A DNA stretch of 64,000 bases from Octopus vulgaris (lineage: Eukaryota), in assembly GCA_951406725.2 (NCBI GenBank), contig OX597827.1, forward strand, positions 36,270,001-36,334,000, given 5' to 3'. The notes under the pieces are model-generated. The model worked only from the letters and a program-made list of their open reading frames with translations. It did not search any database and had not been told where the DNA came from. A program made the position numbers and the translations under genes. Positions 26,201 through 39,739 of the stretch are shown here, one piece after another; position 1 is the stretch's first letter; every line of letters starts with the position of its first letter.

Positions 26201-26900
26201 CCATCACTGTTCCCTATCCAAAAAATTTTATACTTATGTTCTTTGCAACAAACATCTACATGCCTCCATACAAGCACCTCAACAATCTCTCCAGACCTAC
26301 CTTTCAATGTGCCCACTTAAGTGTGCCAACTCTGAGGCTGTGGAAGGTGTGGGCCGGGGGAACACAGAGATGGGGGACAGCATTTTGCATCTGGAAAGAA
26401 AGCTTGCATGTACATTTGGCAGATATCATATAAGTACAAATAGGTTTCGACCTTTATTCGCTTCACATTTACCAAGTTTACCAAGAGATAGCCACTAGAT
26501 GGAGATGAGAGTGGAGGGGGGGGGCTTCCGTATAGTTCCCCGATAGAAGTACTAGGAGACAGACTTCTGGTAGAGGTTTGAGGAGAAAAGACTTCTGGTA
26601 CAGGTGGTGGGGGTGGGTTGGGAGGGTGCACTGCAAACAACCAAACATCATGGTTGCCCTATTCCCTAGATAAAGGCAATGTAAAATATCCACAAAATGA
26701 AAGCCACTATTTAACATATAGCATGGGAAAAAGCAAGGATACAGACATAATATGGGCAAGATAAAATAAAGTGAGAAACAAAATGAATGAAGAGAGAGAG
26801 AGAGAGAAAATTTTTGAGAATTAGAGCTACAGTAGAGTGAACAGAATTGAACATGTGGATTTCTTAACTTTACTATAACAGACAGCATGGAATAGATGAG
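23262..26900 (-). mobile_element. Decayed near-full-length RTE LINE, same family as 15595-19170
   Basis: DFNGHVG, SQIDYIL, GKAPGPPGI, FVDMEK and YADD motifs; 3' (GAT)n; 5' region 26650-26760 is homologous to the monomers at 15720-15830. Confidence 0.92.
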
Positions 26901-27354
26901 ACTTTATAGGGAAGGAAAGAAAGAAAAAAGTAGGAAAGAAAGAAAGAAAAAAAAGATGATGATGATGAGTGCTATAAAGTGAGGATTAGTTGTAATGCTA
27001 GGTTGGACAGAATTGCTCATCTGAACATTATTCTTCATAGTATGTCTGCTCAATGAGGTAAGTATCACAAATATGAAATACAGAAACTAAAGAGTACTAA
27101 AGGGAAACTAAACGACAGAGTGCTACATGTTCAAACTATCTAACTGTACCACATGCAACGCATCACAGCATGTATGATCCGCAGCCAGACAGTTATGGTA
27201 TAATTGGGAAACTATCGTTGATGTTCTGGTTATTTGGCTCCAGGTTTAGGGCTGCTATATCATTACTACCAACAATTACTGTTATTCACACACAGAGGAA
27301 AAAAATAATAATAAATAAATAAAGAAAGAAAGAAAGACAAGACAAATGACATAC

Positions 27355-27523
27355 TTGCCATTCCACCTGGTCTTCTATAGTTCCTGTCAGCAGGTGAATT
27401 GGTCTGTGGGGCTTGTTTAGAAGATCGCCCAGAGCCAGGCTTCTGGACATTTTTTGACACTTCACTGGTGGCACGGATATATATCTGACGATTTAACTCA
27501 TCAATCAGGACTTCATGCATTTG
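27355..27523 (-). CDS. EXOC4: EXOC4 exon 8 (QMHEVLIDELNRQIYIRATSEV...RRPGGMA)
   Basis: Matches LHLVLIDELHRHLYIKSTS; actag acceptor and GTATGT donor in phase 1. Confidence 0.9.
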
Positions 27524-27699
27524 CTAGTTAAAATAGAAAGACAGTATATGTGTGTGTAAATAATATCTGACTATGACGGAACAAGAGAAACATTAAGTAC
27601 ACCAATACTGTTTGTATCAGTTCTTTCTTAATGCAAATTACCATGATAAACTTGAATGAAATGTATGTTTTCATGCACATGTGTATGCATGCTATGAAT

Positions 27700-28908
27700 G
27701 AGTGATGCTAGAGCTGTGAAATCTTGTAGGCATAAATTTCAATGCGTCTTAATAATAATTGCATTGTTTCTTTCCAGATAAACTGACATTTGACTGTTCA
27801 AAGAAGACTTCAAACGTAACTAATAGCGATTTCTCTTGAAAATGCACAAAATTTGGCATTGCAGTGTTATCAAGTACCTGCAGAAAAAGCCTTTAGTCCC
27901 TAACAACATTTATGCTGACATGGCTGCTACACTAGAGAATGACACTCTAGCTTTATCAACAGTACAAAAGTGGGCAGCTGAATTTAGGAGGGGAAGAGGA
28001 AGTCTTGAAGATGACCCAAGGTCTGAACGTTCTGTGACTGCTACCACCAAAGAAAACATTGATTGTGTTCACCACATGGGGATGGATGACAGGTGATTCA
28101 CTATAAATCAAATAGCCAATGCTATTTGCATATCCCATGAGAAAGTTGAGAATATTCTGCATAATGGACTTGGCATGATGATGGTTTCTGCTTGGTGGGT
28201 GCCACATCTTCTGACACCTAATTAAAAGTGCACCAGGCTGATCACATCATGAGAAAATTTGACATTGTTTCAAGCTGATCCACCTGGTTTCTTTGAATGT
28301 TTCCTAACCCAAGATGAGTGTTGGCTTCATCACTTTGAGCCAGAGACAAAGAGGCAATCCATGCAGTGGAAACACCCCTCCTCACCTGTACCAAAGAAGG
28401 CCACTCAGTGTTGGGGAATGCAAAAGATATTGTGTTTATTGACTATCTTTGAAAGGGCCACACCGTCAATGGAAAGTACTACACCAACTTGCTGAAAGAG
28501 TTACAAAAGGCTATCAAGACCAAATGTCCAGGAAAACTGACAAAAGGAGTCTTGTTTCATCAGGACAATGCTCCAGTAAACAAGTCCTTGCTTTGAATGG
28601 CTGCTGTGTGACTATAGCTTTGAACTGGTTGATCAACCTCATTCTCCTGATTTGGCCCCATCTGACTATCATCTGCAGCCTCAACACGGAAAAACATTCG
28701 GCTGGGAAGTAGTATGACAGTGATGATGTCATATATGCTGTTGAGGATTTTTTTGACCAACATGATGAAAACTTCTTCACAAAGCACTATAACACTGATG
28801 GGAGAAGTGTGCAGACCACAAGGGAGATTATGTTGAAAATAAACCTCATTTGGTCACATTCCATGAGAGTATCTTGATCAGCCTATGAACTTTTCACTCA
28901 ACCTTTTG
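27700..28908 (+). mobile_element. Degenerate mariner transposon
   Basis: KWAAEFRRGRGSLEDDPRS, WVPHLLT, LTQDECWLHHFEPETKRQSMQW, HQDNAP and SPDLAPSDYHL motifs. The left boundary is approximate. Confidence 0.9.
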
Positions 28909-29809
28909 TTTTTTTTTTTCAATTCCACTGTCATAAAACTTTTTGTGCATATCTAAAATGATCCTAGATGGCTTATGGAAAACTCATGCAGAACTTTGTT
29001 GTATATATCTTGGAGAATAATTTTTGTTTTTTTAGTATGTTTTGATGTTGAAGGTAGATTGAATTCTTCCAGAAGGATGTTCTGGGATATCTTGTTTAGT
29101 CATTCCCTGTGATTTGGAATAATTTCTCTCTCTCTCTTAGTTGATTAACATGTTTTATCCAGATTTGATTATCCACTTGAATTTCATAGTTAACTTTTTA
29201 ACTATTCCAGGCAACATTCCTTTTAACTTGATGTACCCATACTGGCTGTTCAGGATGGAATTTGAAGTTAGAACATAAAGATGGATGAAATGGTAAGCAT
29301 TTTGGCCAGTGCAATAAAAGTTCTGTTAGCTGGCTGCCTTAGAAAGAATTAATGTTAGGTTGTCTTCCGCTCTATTTTAGCATTTTTCTTGTCAAAATTG
29401 CCACATCATTTGTCATATCTTATTTTTCTAGACTTCATTTTGCTTCATGTAAATGCCACTGATGTATGATGCATTTTCTCCTTTGTGTTGAGCACTTGTG
29501 ACTAATAATAATAAGATTGGTAGATTAGAAAATGCTTTGCAATATTTATTTTGGCTCTTTACATTCTGAGGCCAACTTTACCCTTTGTCCTTCTGGGTTG
29601 ATAATTTTGATTAACCAACTTCTCTCAAAGTTGCTGGCTTTATAACCTAAATTAGAAATCATCATTATTGCTTCAGAAACTATTTTAAACTAGCAATGAA
29701 CCATACAAAAGAAAATTCCACTTAAGTTAAAGAGCCTGAAATTTTTGAAAAAGGTATATTATAAAGTTTAAATAAACTGAGGCCAAGGAAGAAAAAATAC
29801 TATAGTTAC

Positions 29810-29886
29810 CTCTTTTCTTGCAATTAGATCCACTTTTAAATCCCTCAAAGCATTAACACCAGACAAACTGCCCTCCACTCTAGCCA
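29810..29886 (-). CDS. EXOC4: EXOC4 exon 7 (VARVEGSLSGVNALRDLKVDLIARKE)
   Basis: tttcag/GTAAC boundaries; matches [21 protein letters not shown]; phase 1 to 0. Confidence 0.92.
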
Positions 29887-31395
29887 CTGAAATAGAAACA
29901 AAATGTATATGGTAAAGAACCAAACAAAATAGCTGCTGCAATATTTAGTTATGTTCTTGTTCTGGTTTCAAATCCCAACTGGCTCAAAACTTGGCTTTTC
30001 ATCCTTTATCAGCTGATAAAATAAATACTATTAATAAAAGGGAATTGATTTAACTGACTATACCCTTCCCTTACCCTTAGAAAACTAATTAGAATTGGTA
30101 GAACATTGCACTAATACTTCCCAGCATTATGTAGATAGCAGGTTGCTAGATATCCATGAGCTCTCAAGTGCTCGAAACTCTTCTGATATTGATAAAAGGA
30201 AAACAATTAATTTCATTTTATTCCATCTTGGAAGTGAACCTGCCTCATACAAATCATTAAAATACATCTTATCCAAAGACAAGAATATTGTGTAGCTATT
30301 TCATCAGCTAATGTGAATATATCTAAAAGTAAATCATCCAAAGTGTCCTTCCTTTTAAAGATGTTAGTGTGAGAGTGAGTGAACTGCTATTTCTAACAGG
30401 TGAATAACCACATAGAAGCTCACTTGTTGCTATCACTATATTGTAGAGTTGTAGGGTAGTGAAATAGATAAGCCTTGGACTGTGTGTTCATAAGTTGTGT
30501 TCAGATCAAATTCATTCATAGTGAGGAGTGCCTGAACAGAGGAATAATGCAACACTTTGGTTTTCACTCAAAGAATTTAATGTCAACATGAGAATAGATA
30601 AAATATAAATATGAAGAAAACATTACAGATGAGATTGCAGCATAGTATATCTGAGATGAGTTTCTTATAAGACTATTTTTCTCAATTATACATCTCATCT
30701 TTTAGAGATGAAAGATTCTGATATGGTCAGAGAAATCGGCTGTAGTATGTAGGAAAAAAGATGGCACTGGGGTGAACATGTGATGATAGGTGAAATGAAA
30801 AAGTGTCAACACTCCTGTTAGAAGAAATCTGTGGAAGAGGAAGACCAAAGAAGGTACAGAAAAAAAGTGGTGAGGTCTTATCTTAGGATGATGGACCTCA
30901 TGAAAAATCTAAAAGACTGTAACAAGTGGTGAGAAGATTGTACTGAAGAAAATCTTTCAAATCACACCAGTAGTGAAAAACATGCAAAATGATGACAATG
31001 ATGATAATGATCAAGGAATAACACTTGATCAGAGATCAAACACAGAAACAAAGAGGTAAATATTGAAAGATTATTATTTTTTTTTTTGTGGTCTTGAGAA
31101 ATTCTTTAAGTAACCAATTTGTCAGAAAATTCGCCAACTCTACCAGATCTAGTAACTCACACAACTTGGAATAATTTTAAAAGTAAAAAAAAAAATAACA
31201 AGCAAAAGGGGAACAATTTGGAACTTGATAGATTCTATAACCAGAAATATGTGTGCCACTAACAATACCAAACATGAAGTCTTCAATGATGCATCATCAC
31301 ATGATCATCATCAGTGGAAAGAAAATGTTTAATGAAAGGAAAAAAGTTAGGCATAAAAATAGGTGTGGTATAACAGTGCATGTTGAAATACTCAC

Positions 31396-31484
31396 CAGCA
31401 GACACCACTAGTTCTGTGGCATGGAGATAGTGTTTCTTGGCCATGTAACCTTCCAGCTTTTCAGGAACATCTTTGATCTGTTCA
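31396..31484 (-). CDS. EXOC4: EXOC4 exon 6 (EQIKDVPEKLEGYMAKKHYLHATELVVSA)
   Basis: Matches [21 protein letters not shown]; actag/GTGAGT boundaries. Confidence 0.95.
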
Positions 31485-32098
31485 CTAGTTGATGCAGAGC
31501 AGAGTTGAAATAGAAGAATACATTTTATACTGACCAATATTTCAGAACATATATGTATATACATCTGTGGGTGTATGACAACTCATGGAGAAATTGTAGG
31601 AGGTAATGAACCTCAAAAAATTAGTAGAACAGATATTATGATAAATGATAACACAATGCAACACTGGCCTGTTTCACTATGGAGAAGCATTGTTGAAATA
31701 AGAATGATGGCATTGTGTGTATGCGTAACAAGAACACTTACACACAATATGAAAAATTCTTTCCAAAAGACTTGTGACATTCTTTTCTCAAAAAAATGTT
31801 TAAATCGTTCATAACTTCTGAGAAAATCTTTAAATATTGTAACTGTATCAAGTATTTTTGGCAAAATCTTTTATCTATGTATGTGTGTGTATATATAAAT
31901 ATGTATAAATACATAAGCACACATATATATTTATATATATATGCATGCATTTAAAAGTATGAATGTAATCCTATACATACTCCATCTGAACAAGAAACTT
32001 GGTAATTGCAGGTGGAATGTCTTTGATAAAAGGTCTACAGGGGTAAGCAGGGGTTAAACAACATCAACAAAACTGAAGAAATGATATTGAAAACTTAC

Positions 32099-32237
32099 AT
32101 TTGATCCAGAATCGACACAATAGTTTTGTGTTCAACTCCTTCAATCCACAGACGGCGTAGCTCATCTCTCTTACAGTGTAAAAGTGTCTTACAGGAACTG
32201 AGATCTTCTTTGATCTTTCGGATCTTGTCTCTAGATT
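32099..32237 (-). CDS. EXOC4: EXOC4 exon 5 ([46 protein letters not shown])
   Basis: Contains the Sec8 N-terminal motif [19 protein letters not shown]; ctcag/GTAAGT boundaries. Confidence 0.97.
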
Positions 32238-33814
32238 CTGAGTATAGAATGAAAATATAATATAGAGAGAGAGAGAAAGACCTCGCTAGCGTTTGTAAGA
32301 GTAGATCTCTTGGGATGATAAACACTGCAGATGCTATGAGGGGTGTTGAGGTGCAATGTTGCAGAAGTAGGCAAAGTTGGTAGTTTTTTAAGGCAACCAA
32401 AACTCACAAAATTTACTGTTGAGGCACCATATTTAAATATATAATGAAATTGTGTTGAAGAGCAGATGGCAAAGATAAGAATATGACAATGGGTTAGCTT
32501 TCATGTCAAGTAGTTGTATTTAGCTCATAAGGAGTAGATGGTGGTTTGGATAAGTCATTTTCAAAGAAGCAAGGACATGAAGAATGTTTGAAGGATATTC
32601 TGCAGAGTGATGAGACTTCATAGATGGATAAAAATTCAGTTGAAAATCACACGGAATATTGTTGTGATGAAGACAGCATTCAAAAAAAGTGTCAAAAGCC
32701 ACAGAAATGAATTTTTCTTTTTAAATGTGATAAAAGTAAAGGCAGAAGAAAAAAAAAAGAAGATTCCTTTTAATGGTGTAGTACAAATCCTGGCTGATGT
32801 GTCTGAGATTAGGTATAATAAAGAAAGTGGTGTTTGTAGAATTCAATTGACATATCAGATAAAACAGAGTCCAAGGAGATAAGTAGCCCTCTGTATTAGC
32901 AAAATTTGTATTATTAGATAAAAGCAACAGAAAGAGTATGCTGTAATTGACATAGGGAGTGAAGGATCCAACATTTCGGACAGAGTCTTTTTTTCAGGGT
33001 CAAGATGACATGAAGGATAAAAAAGACAGAGTTTCGCATCCCCTGTGTTTGAGAGACTGGCTGCAACTGATGAGGAATGCAAGACAACATGAACTTGCAT
33101 ATGTAGACGGGAAATGGTGTGAAAGATAAACTAAGTGAAAGGGAAATGAAAAGAGACAGAGAAGTGAGCTGAAAGAAGAAATTCAGATGAGAGAGGAGCG
33201 GAATGATAAAGATGGGACTGCTGAACAAAGAGTGGGTGAAGGGAAAAAAATGTTCATTTAAACCTGTTGGTGCCATGGTGCCAATTTTGAATATCCATAT
33301 ACATTAGGTAAAAGACAAAGACTATAGTGATTACTCTGTGATTCAATGAGGCTTTGGCAATCACCAGATTAATGGTACTTACTGACTCCCAAATGATGAA
33401 AGATATGCTGACTCCCTTGTATGGATGATGTGATGTACTACCAAGAAAGAGATGAGTGAACATGGTGAGTTTAGATCTCAAGATACTGGAACTCCTGGAA
33501 CTCACAGAAAGAGTGACATCAGCCATACTGCAAATTCATCCAACCCATGCGGAGAGATGGTTGTTTAAAACAATGAGGTAAAAAAATTGAGTCACCCACC
33601 ATTTTATACTGTCCCCACTGTTATTAGGGTCCCTACTGAAGCAAAAAGAAAGAAGTCCACAAACTTATAACAAAGAATGAGATTTTGTATTGTTCTTTTC
33701 TCAGCAGCATTAATGGCATAAGTAAAGAGAATTAGGTTGTTCTCTGGAGACATCTAACCAATGAACATTGGGGCAAAGAGAAACAAGTAACACTATGTAA
33801 CATTATAGACTCAC

Positions 33815-33877
33815 CATTTACGTTCTTGTTGACGATACTAAATGTCTGCAAGATCTTCGTCAGTTCTGAATAATTGT
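33815..33877 (-). CDS. EXOC4: EXOC4 exon 4 (DNYSELTKILQTFSIVNKNVN)
   Basis: ctacag/GTGAGT boundaries; matches HYTELTTAIRTYQSI; phase 1 to 1. Confidence 0.92.
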
Positions 33878-34822
33878 CTGTAGGTGACAAAAATAACAAT
33901 ATTATTAGTAGTATATTAATTGAAGTGGATAATTATTATTCTTAAAAAAATATTAGCACTATTATTCCAAGTTGAATACCTGGTTTAAGGGACTCAATGG
34001 TTGCACAAGAATAAACATGTAAAGTTTGGATGGTCTGCCTGACATGTTTACATGCCAGATTTCTTCACTACTGTCTTGGCAAATGTCTGTCACAATTGTC
34101 AGAGCACCATCAAGGAAGGATATGAACAAGGAAAACAGCACCAATAATTTTGTGCCAATTACTCTATAAAATACAGAATTACAGATTTTGGCCAAGATGC
34201 TTCAACTGAAAGTGCTGGGTTGGTGAAGAAAGTAATATCTACATGAAGGGCAGAACATCAGTTTGGCCTGTCCTTTATGTGCAGAGAGTACTAAAACCAT
34301 TTCCATGCACTCAATGTCCACTTATTGCTGACATGCAGAGTTATATTGACCATCTGTTATCTGTTAGTATGTATAGGATACATCTGTCAGCCAACCCCAT
34401 CCTGAACATGAGCAGGGTAGAGCAGGAAAATCTCTTGCTGAAAGAAGATATATGAAGAAGATAGAGAAAAACTGAGGATAGTGCTTTTCTTCTAAGGCTA
34501 TGCTTTTAAGTTAGAAAATTATTGTTTTTCATAATAACAGATATATGCAGTTAAAATCAAAGGAATAGCAAACAGAAAATAGCTTGAGTTATAAGAGCCC
34601 AACAGTGACTTTCTGAGGGTTTGGAGAAAAGGGAGGCAGAGAGGAGCCTTAACCAACTATAAAAAATTATAACTTCTCTAGAAAATGTTGCAATGATTAC
34701 TGGTATCACAGATAGGAACTAGAACAAGAGGAAACAAGGCACAGAATACTTATGGACAAGACAGAAGCAGAGATCACAAGATATCTGCACGGGAAGTGAA
34801 AAAACTTAGCTGAGATACATAC

Positions 34823-34911
34823 CAGAGACCATCTCAGAAAGGGTCTTGTCACTCTCCTGGAATGCTTTCTCAATACGAGTCTTCTCATTTTCCCGTTTGT
34901 CAAAATCAGAA
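34823..34911 (-). CDS. EXOC4: EXOC4 exon 3 (SDFDKRENEKTRIEKAFQESDKTLSEMVS)
   Basis: tttcag/GTATG boundaries; matches DRENEKGRLEEAYEKCD; phase 2 to 1. Confidence 0.93.
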
Positions 34912-35152
34912 CTGAAATGGATAAAATGATTAGTTGATTATCATTTTGTGATTGTTGTACGAATTTGCTAATGCTGAGACAGTTTGTAGCCTATCACACA
35001 GCATCTTAACATTTCTCAACCACATATACAATATATCATCATAATTTTAATGCTTTCTTTCCATGTTTGCATAGGTCAGACACGAATATATTGGAGCAAA
35101 GTTTTTAATAGCAAGAGATAATTCCTGATGTCAACAACCATCTGATTCCAAG

Positions 35153-35485
35153 TCGTAATGTAGGAGCACTCCATCGGTTATGATGACAAGGGTCCCAGCT
35201 GATACAATCAATGGAATAGCTTGCTCATGAAATTAACGTGCATGTAGCTAAGCACTGCACAGACATATGTACCTTTAATGTAGTTCTCATGGAGACTCAG
35301 TGTGACACAGAGTGTGACAAAGCTGGTCCTTTGAAATACAGGTACTATTCATTTTTGCCAGCTGAGTGGACTGAAGCAACATGAAATAAAGCCTCTTACT
35401 CAAGGACAATGTGTCACCGAGAATTGAACTCATGACTTTACGATCATGAGCCAAATGCCCTAAACGCTAGGCCACGTGCCTTCAC
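35153..35485 (-). mobile_element. tRNA-derived SINE (second family)
   Basis: Minus-strand GGCACGTGGCCTAGCGTTTAGGG...GAGTTCAATTCTC head and GTCCACTCAGCTGGCAAAAATGAATAGTACC core. Confidence 0.75.
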
Positions 35486-35499
35486 TCAAGTCATAATAA

Positions 35500-36160
35500 T
35501 CTCATGGTGTATCAAACAATGAACAGTTTAGACATGGTTACATGTAGAACTGGAAATAAACATTACTATCTGAATGAGCCTTTTGTTTACAAAGACCACA
35601 ATATGCCAAAATATGTCATGAACCTAGACAAGCATTTATGATATACAACAGCAAATCATACTGTCTTCATCAATGAAAATAAGGTGGGGTGACAAACTAA
35701 CTATGAAATACCACTATGAAACAAATTACAAAATCTTTTTGCATGATTAATCCACTTAAATCAGAATTAAGGTAAAACAAGCTAACTGTTAAAATAATTA
35801 TTAAATAACTGGCAGTCATTATTAACAATGTTTAGCAATGAAGCCAGTTTTGTTATATTATGGAATATTGCTTATGCTAAATGCCCATGTTCTCATGGTG
35901 AATTTCTAAAGAAGAATATAGCTGATATTGTTGAAGTATTAGATTCAAATAACACAAAATATCAGGAACTAATAGCATAAACACCAGTTTCATGTCACAC
36001 TACAGAGTGGTACATCTCTTGGATCAATGCTGATGCTGTAAGCAAAATGCAAAATGATTTTAAAAACTCCCTTGCATTCAGTTTAGGGATTAATGAATCA
36101 AATGACATACAGGACAACTCACACTTGGTAGTATTTGTTCATTATGTTACTTTTATATCC
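35500..36160 (+). mobile_element. hAT (Charlie/SPIN/GTF2IRD2-like) transposase relic
   Basis: AFSLGINESNDIQDNSHLVVFVHYV resembles the FSLALDESTD..QLAIFVRYV motif. Confidence 0.7.
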
Positions 36161-38063
36161 TGCCACAAGTTGATATAGATGAATTATGCAGTGGAGGTTT
36201 AATCAATGTATTCACATGATGTACTTTGCGAGACTACCAAAACGCTCCCACTGACCTCTACTCTTTATAAGAGTTTGGCTAGTCTATTCTACAATCTGTC
36301 AGGATTGTCAATGACTCTTGTCACAACATCTTCCCCTTTTGAGATTGACTTCCATTTGAAGTTAATATTATTTTTATTTATTTATTTTTCTAGTATCTTT
36401 TACACAATATCAGCCTTTTCACACAGTATTGGTCTGGAATTTGAATTTTTTTTTTACATTGTCACATGGTGGTGCCGTAGCATGGCCACAGCTTGTGAGC
36501 TGAAACTAAATAAAATTTTTTAAAAATTAAAAAAATTTATATCCTGATGACTCGTTGCCAGATGTTGCAATGTAATTGTAACCCAACTCTAAGATAGTAA
36601 TGTTCGTTTGCACACAGCACTCTTGTTTCTCATACTAAACACTCTTGTCTTTCACTTGAAGACATCTCATCTAGCTGGTTAACACTGTACAGCTGCATCT
36701 GATATATTGTGAGCAGGAGAATCGAACCCTTACCACATTCTAGCAACAGAACCAACATGTAATAATTCGAGCAACTACAATTACGCCAACTTACAAGTTC
36801 GGTGTAAGTTTGACATGCAACAAACACACTGACTCTTACCAACTTCTAGCAAACTGTCAAAAGAGCCTATCCTCAACTGGAAAATGGTAAACGGATACAA
36901 GAGCTGATATTTTTAACTGATATAATGAATCATCTACTAACTCAACTTCACACTCCTGGTGGAGGATAAGATTATTCTGATCTAACTCAGAGTTTTCAAT
37001 TTTCAGAGTAAAATAAGACCTTTTCAAAGAAACATACTGACAAATTTTAGAAGAAGAGCAAATACATTCTCTTATACTGAAATAAGTGATCATAAACTGG
37101 AAGAATACAAACATAATTTACAAGGACTACTTGATAATTGCCTAACCAGGTTTGATGGTTTGCAGAAGATGAAGCCCTGTTTCATCTCACTTGAAATCCA
37201 TTTATGGTTGATGTCATCAATGATGGTTGTCCATTTCTCAAGCCTCTAGTTATGGAATAACTATTGTGGATATGTAACTTATGGAATTAAACTTTCTAGT
37301 TGCATAAGGCATCTCCCTGCGTATATACTGTGATGCATTCTACAAGCAGTCATTATTTGTTCTTTCTTTCTCTCTAGCCTGTTTTATTTAGTGTCCAGCT
37401 GCAACTTATTGCTGGGACACCTAGAATATTGATGCCTTCAACTTTGTTTTCCAATTAATTGTTTTAATCTAATGAAAATAATATAAATGCTGGAAAAACC
37501 TTTGAGCAACATACACTAGAATGGATAACAACACATTTCTCTAAACTCTGATTAATCTCTTTCTTCTATTTGAAAAGAGGAAATTTTCTTGCACTATTAT
37601 TTAGCAACATACATCAGGCAATACAATATCTTTTCTCATTTACTTTGTTTTCATTCCCTGGCATCACCTTACATATTTTGCCAAACTCCTCAACTGCACT
37701 GCTCAAAGGTTTTTTTTAATTCAAGCATTTATGTTTTTTTACACATACTGAAATAATTAAGCAAATTGCAGTCAATCTAATGTTTTTATAATACTCTATT
37801 TCTTTCATTTGTATGTTATACATTCTTTAATTCACTGATTTCTAAGTTTTTGTCTATCTGTGTTTGATTTAATTCTCTTATCTCAGTTTGTTTATCATTT
37901 AGTGATATTAAGTTTTCTCTTTTCAAATGTAGTAGATGGAACAAACAGTTGAGCAGTAGATAAACTACACAGCTTTCTTTACATTGTTGTTAAAAACTTG
38001 CCTCTATCTTAAATCTACCTTTCACACACACACATACATATATAAACAGATAAAATATCTTAC

Positions 38064-38104
38064 CTTGAAGACAAAGTCCTCACTATAGTCATCAAGAAAT
38101 TAGA
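38064..38104 (-). CDS. EXOC4: EXOC4 exon 2 (SNFLMTIVRTLSS)
   Basis: ttttacag acceptor and GTAAG donor; matches SGLLISVIRTLSTS; phase 0 to 2. Confidence 0.92.
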
Positions 38105-38210
38105 CTGTAAAAAAAGAAGTGAAACAAATAGAATGTTAGAGATGAGTATATATCTGGTGTTAATTTGCTTCAGCTTTATTTATTTTTTACATTAATCTTA
38201 ATCTTATTTC

Positions 38211-38255
38211 GGCCAGAGTTCTTTCGTTACACTTCTGTGACCTCATCAGTGGTCC
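38211..38255 (-). ncRNA. Minimal type-I hammerhead ribozyme motif, slightly decayed
   Basis: GGACCA-CTGATGA-G-GTCAC-AGAAGT-GTAAC-GAAA-GAAC-TC-TGGCC. Confidence 0.65.
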
Positions 38256-38580
38256 TTTGTTTTCTTCTTTCTTATTTGTGTGTCTCTCCTTACTAACGGT
38301 CAGTCATTTTGTATTTTGTATTCCTATTGTATGTGTCTTTATTTGCACATGCGTATACCCCTATGTGCATCTATGTTTAGTTAGTGTGTGTGTGTGGGGG
38401 GGGAAGTGCCTGTTTATACACGTTCGTGTAGTTTGTTTTTATTTTTGTTCATGTGTTTACACTTACTTATAATTATTTTATTGGTTAAACTGGTAAAATA
38501 CAACATCTGTTTCAACACACAATTTCATATCAAGAATCTTGCAAAACAAATATATAATTGTGTGTGTGTGTGTATATACT

Positions 38581-38984
38581 CTTTTACTCTTTTACTTGTT
38601 TCAGTCATTTGACTGCGGCCATGCTGGAGCACTGCCTTTAGTCGAGCAAATCGAACCCGGGACTTATTCTTTGTAAGCCCAGTACTTATTCTATCGGTCT
38701 CTTTTGCCGAACCGCTAAGTGACAGGGACGTAAAAACACCAGCATCGGTTGTCAAGCAATGCTAGGGAGACAAACACAGACACACAAACACATACACACA
38801 CATACATATATATATATACATATATACGAGAGGCTTCTTTCAGTTTCCGTCTACCAAATCCACTCACAAGGCATTGGTCGGCCCGGGGCTATAGCAGAAG
38901 ACACTTTCCCAAGATGCCACGCAGTGGGACTGAACCCGGAACCATGTGGTTGGTTAGCAAGCTACTTACCACACAGCCACTCCT
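38581..38984 (-). mobile_element. tRNA-derived CORE-like SINE with internal microsatellite
   Basis: Head AGGAGTGGCTGTGTGGTAAG...GGTTCAGTCCC and CTTGGGAAAGTGTCTT core; plus-strand homolog at 56050-56460. Confidence 0.88.
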
Positions 38985-39004
38985 ATAAATATATATATAT
39001 ATAC

Positions 39005-39420
39005 ATCATCATCATCATCATTTAACGTCCGCTTTCCATGCTAGCATGGGTTGGACGGTTCAACTGGGGTCTGGGGAGCCCAAAAGCTGCACCAGTCCAG
39101 TCAGATCTGGCAGTGTTTCTACAGCTGGATGCCCTTCCTAACGCCAACCACTCCGAGAGTGTAGTGGGTGATTTTATGTGCCACCGACACAGGTGCCAGA
39201 CGAGGCTGGCAAACGGCCACGCTCGGATGGTGTTTTTTATGTGCCACCGACACAGGTGCCAGACGAGGCTGGCAGACGGCCACGCTCGGATGGTGTTTTT
39301 ATGTGCCACCGACACAGGTGCCAGATGAGGCTGGCAAACGGCCACGATCGGAAGGTGCTTGTTACGTGCCCACAGCACGGAGGCAAGTCGATGCGGTACT
39401 GGCTACGGCCACGTTCGGAT
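39005..39420 (-). mobile_element. Young RTE 3' end with about 4 tandem ~62-bp units
   Basis: Reverse complement of the RTE tail; repeated GTGCCACCGACACAGGTGCCAGACGAGGCTGGC. Confidence 0.9.
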
Positions 39421-39739
39421 ACACATACATATATATACACATACATATATATATACACATACATATATATATACACATACAAATATATACATATATACAT
39501 ACATATATATATATATATATACACATACATATATATACATATACATACACACACACACACACATATATATTTACACATACATATATATACATACATACAC
39601 ACAGATATATATATACACACATACATATATACATACACACACACATATATATATATACACATACATATACACATATATACACATATATATATATACATAC
39701 ACATATATATACATACATATATATACGCATACATATATA

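Noticed and set aside
36544-36580. Isolated CTGATGA (also at about 33068 and 58409)
   Set aside because: No stem II-GAAA-NUH arrangement follows.
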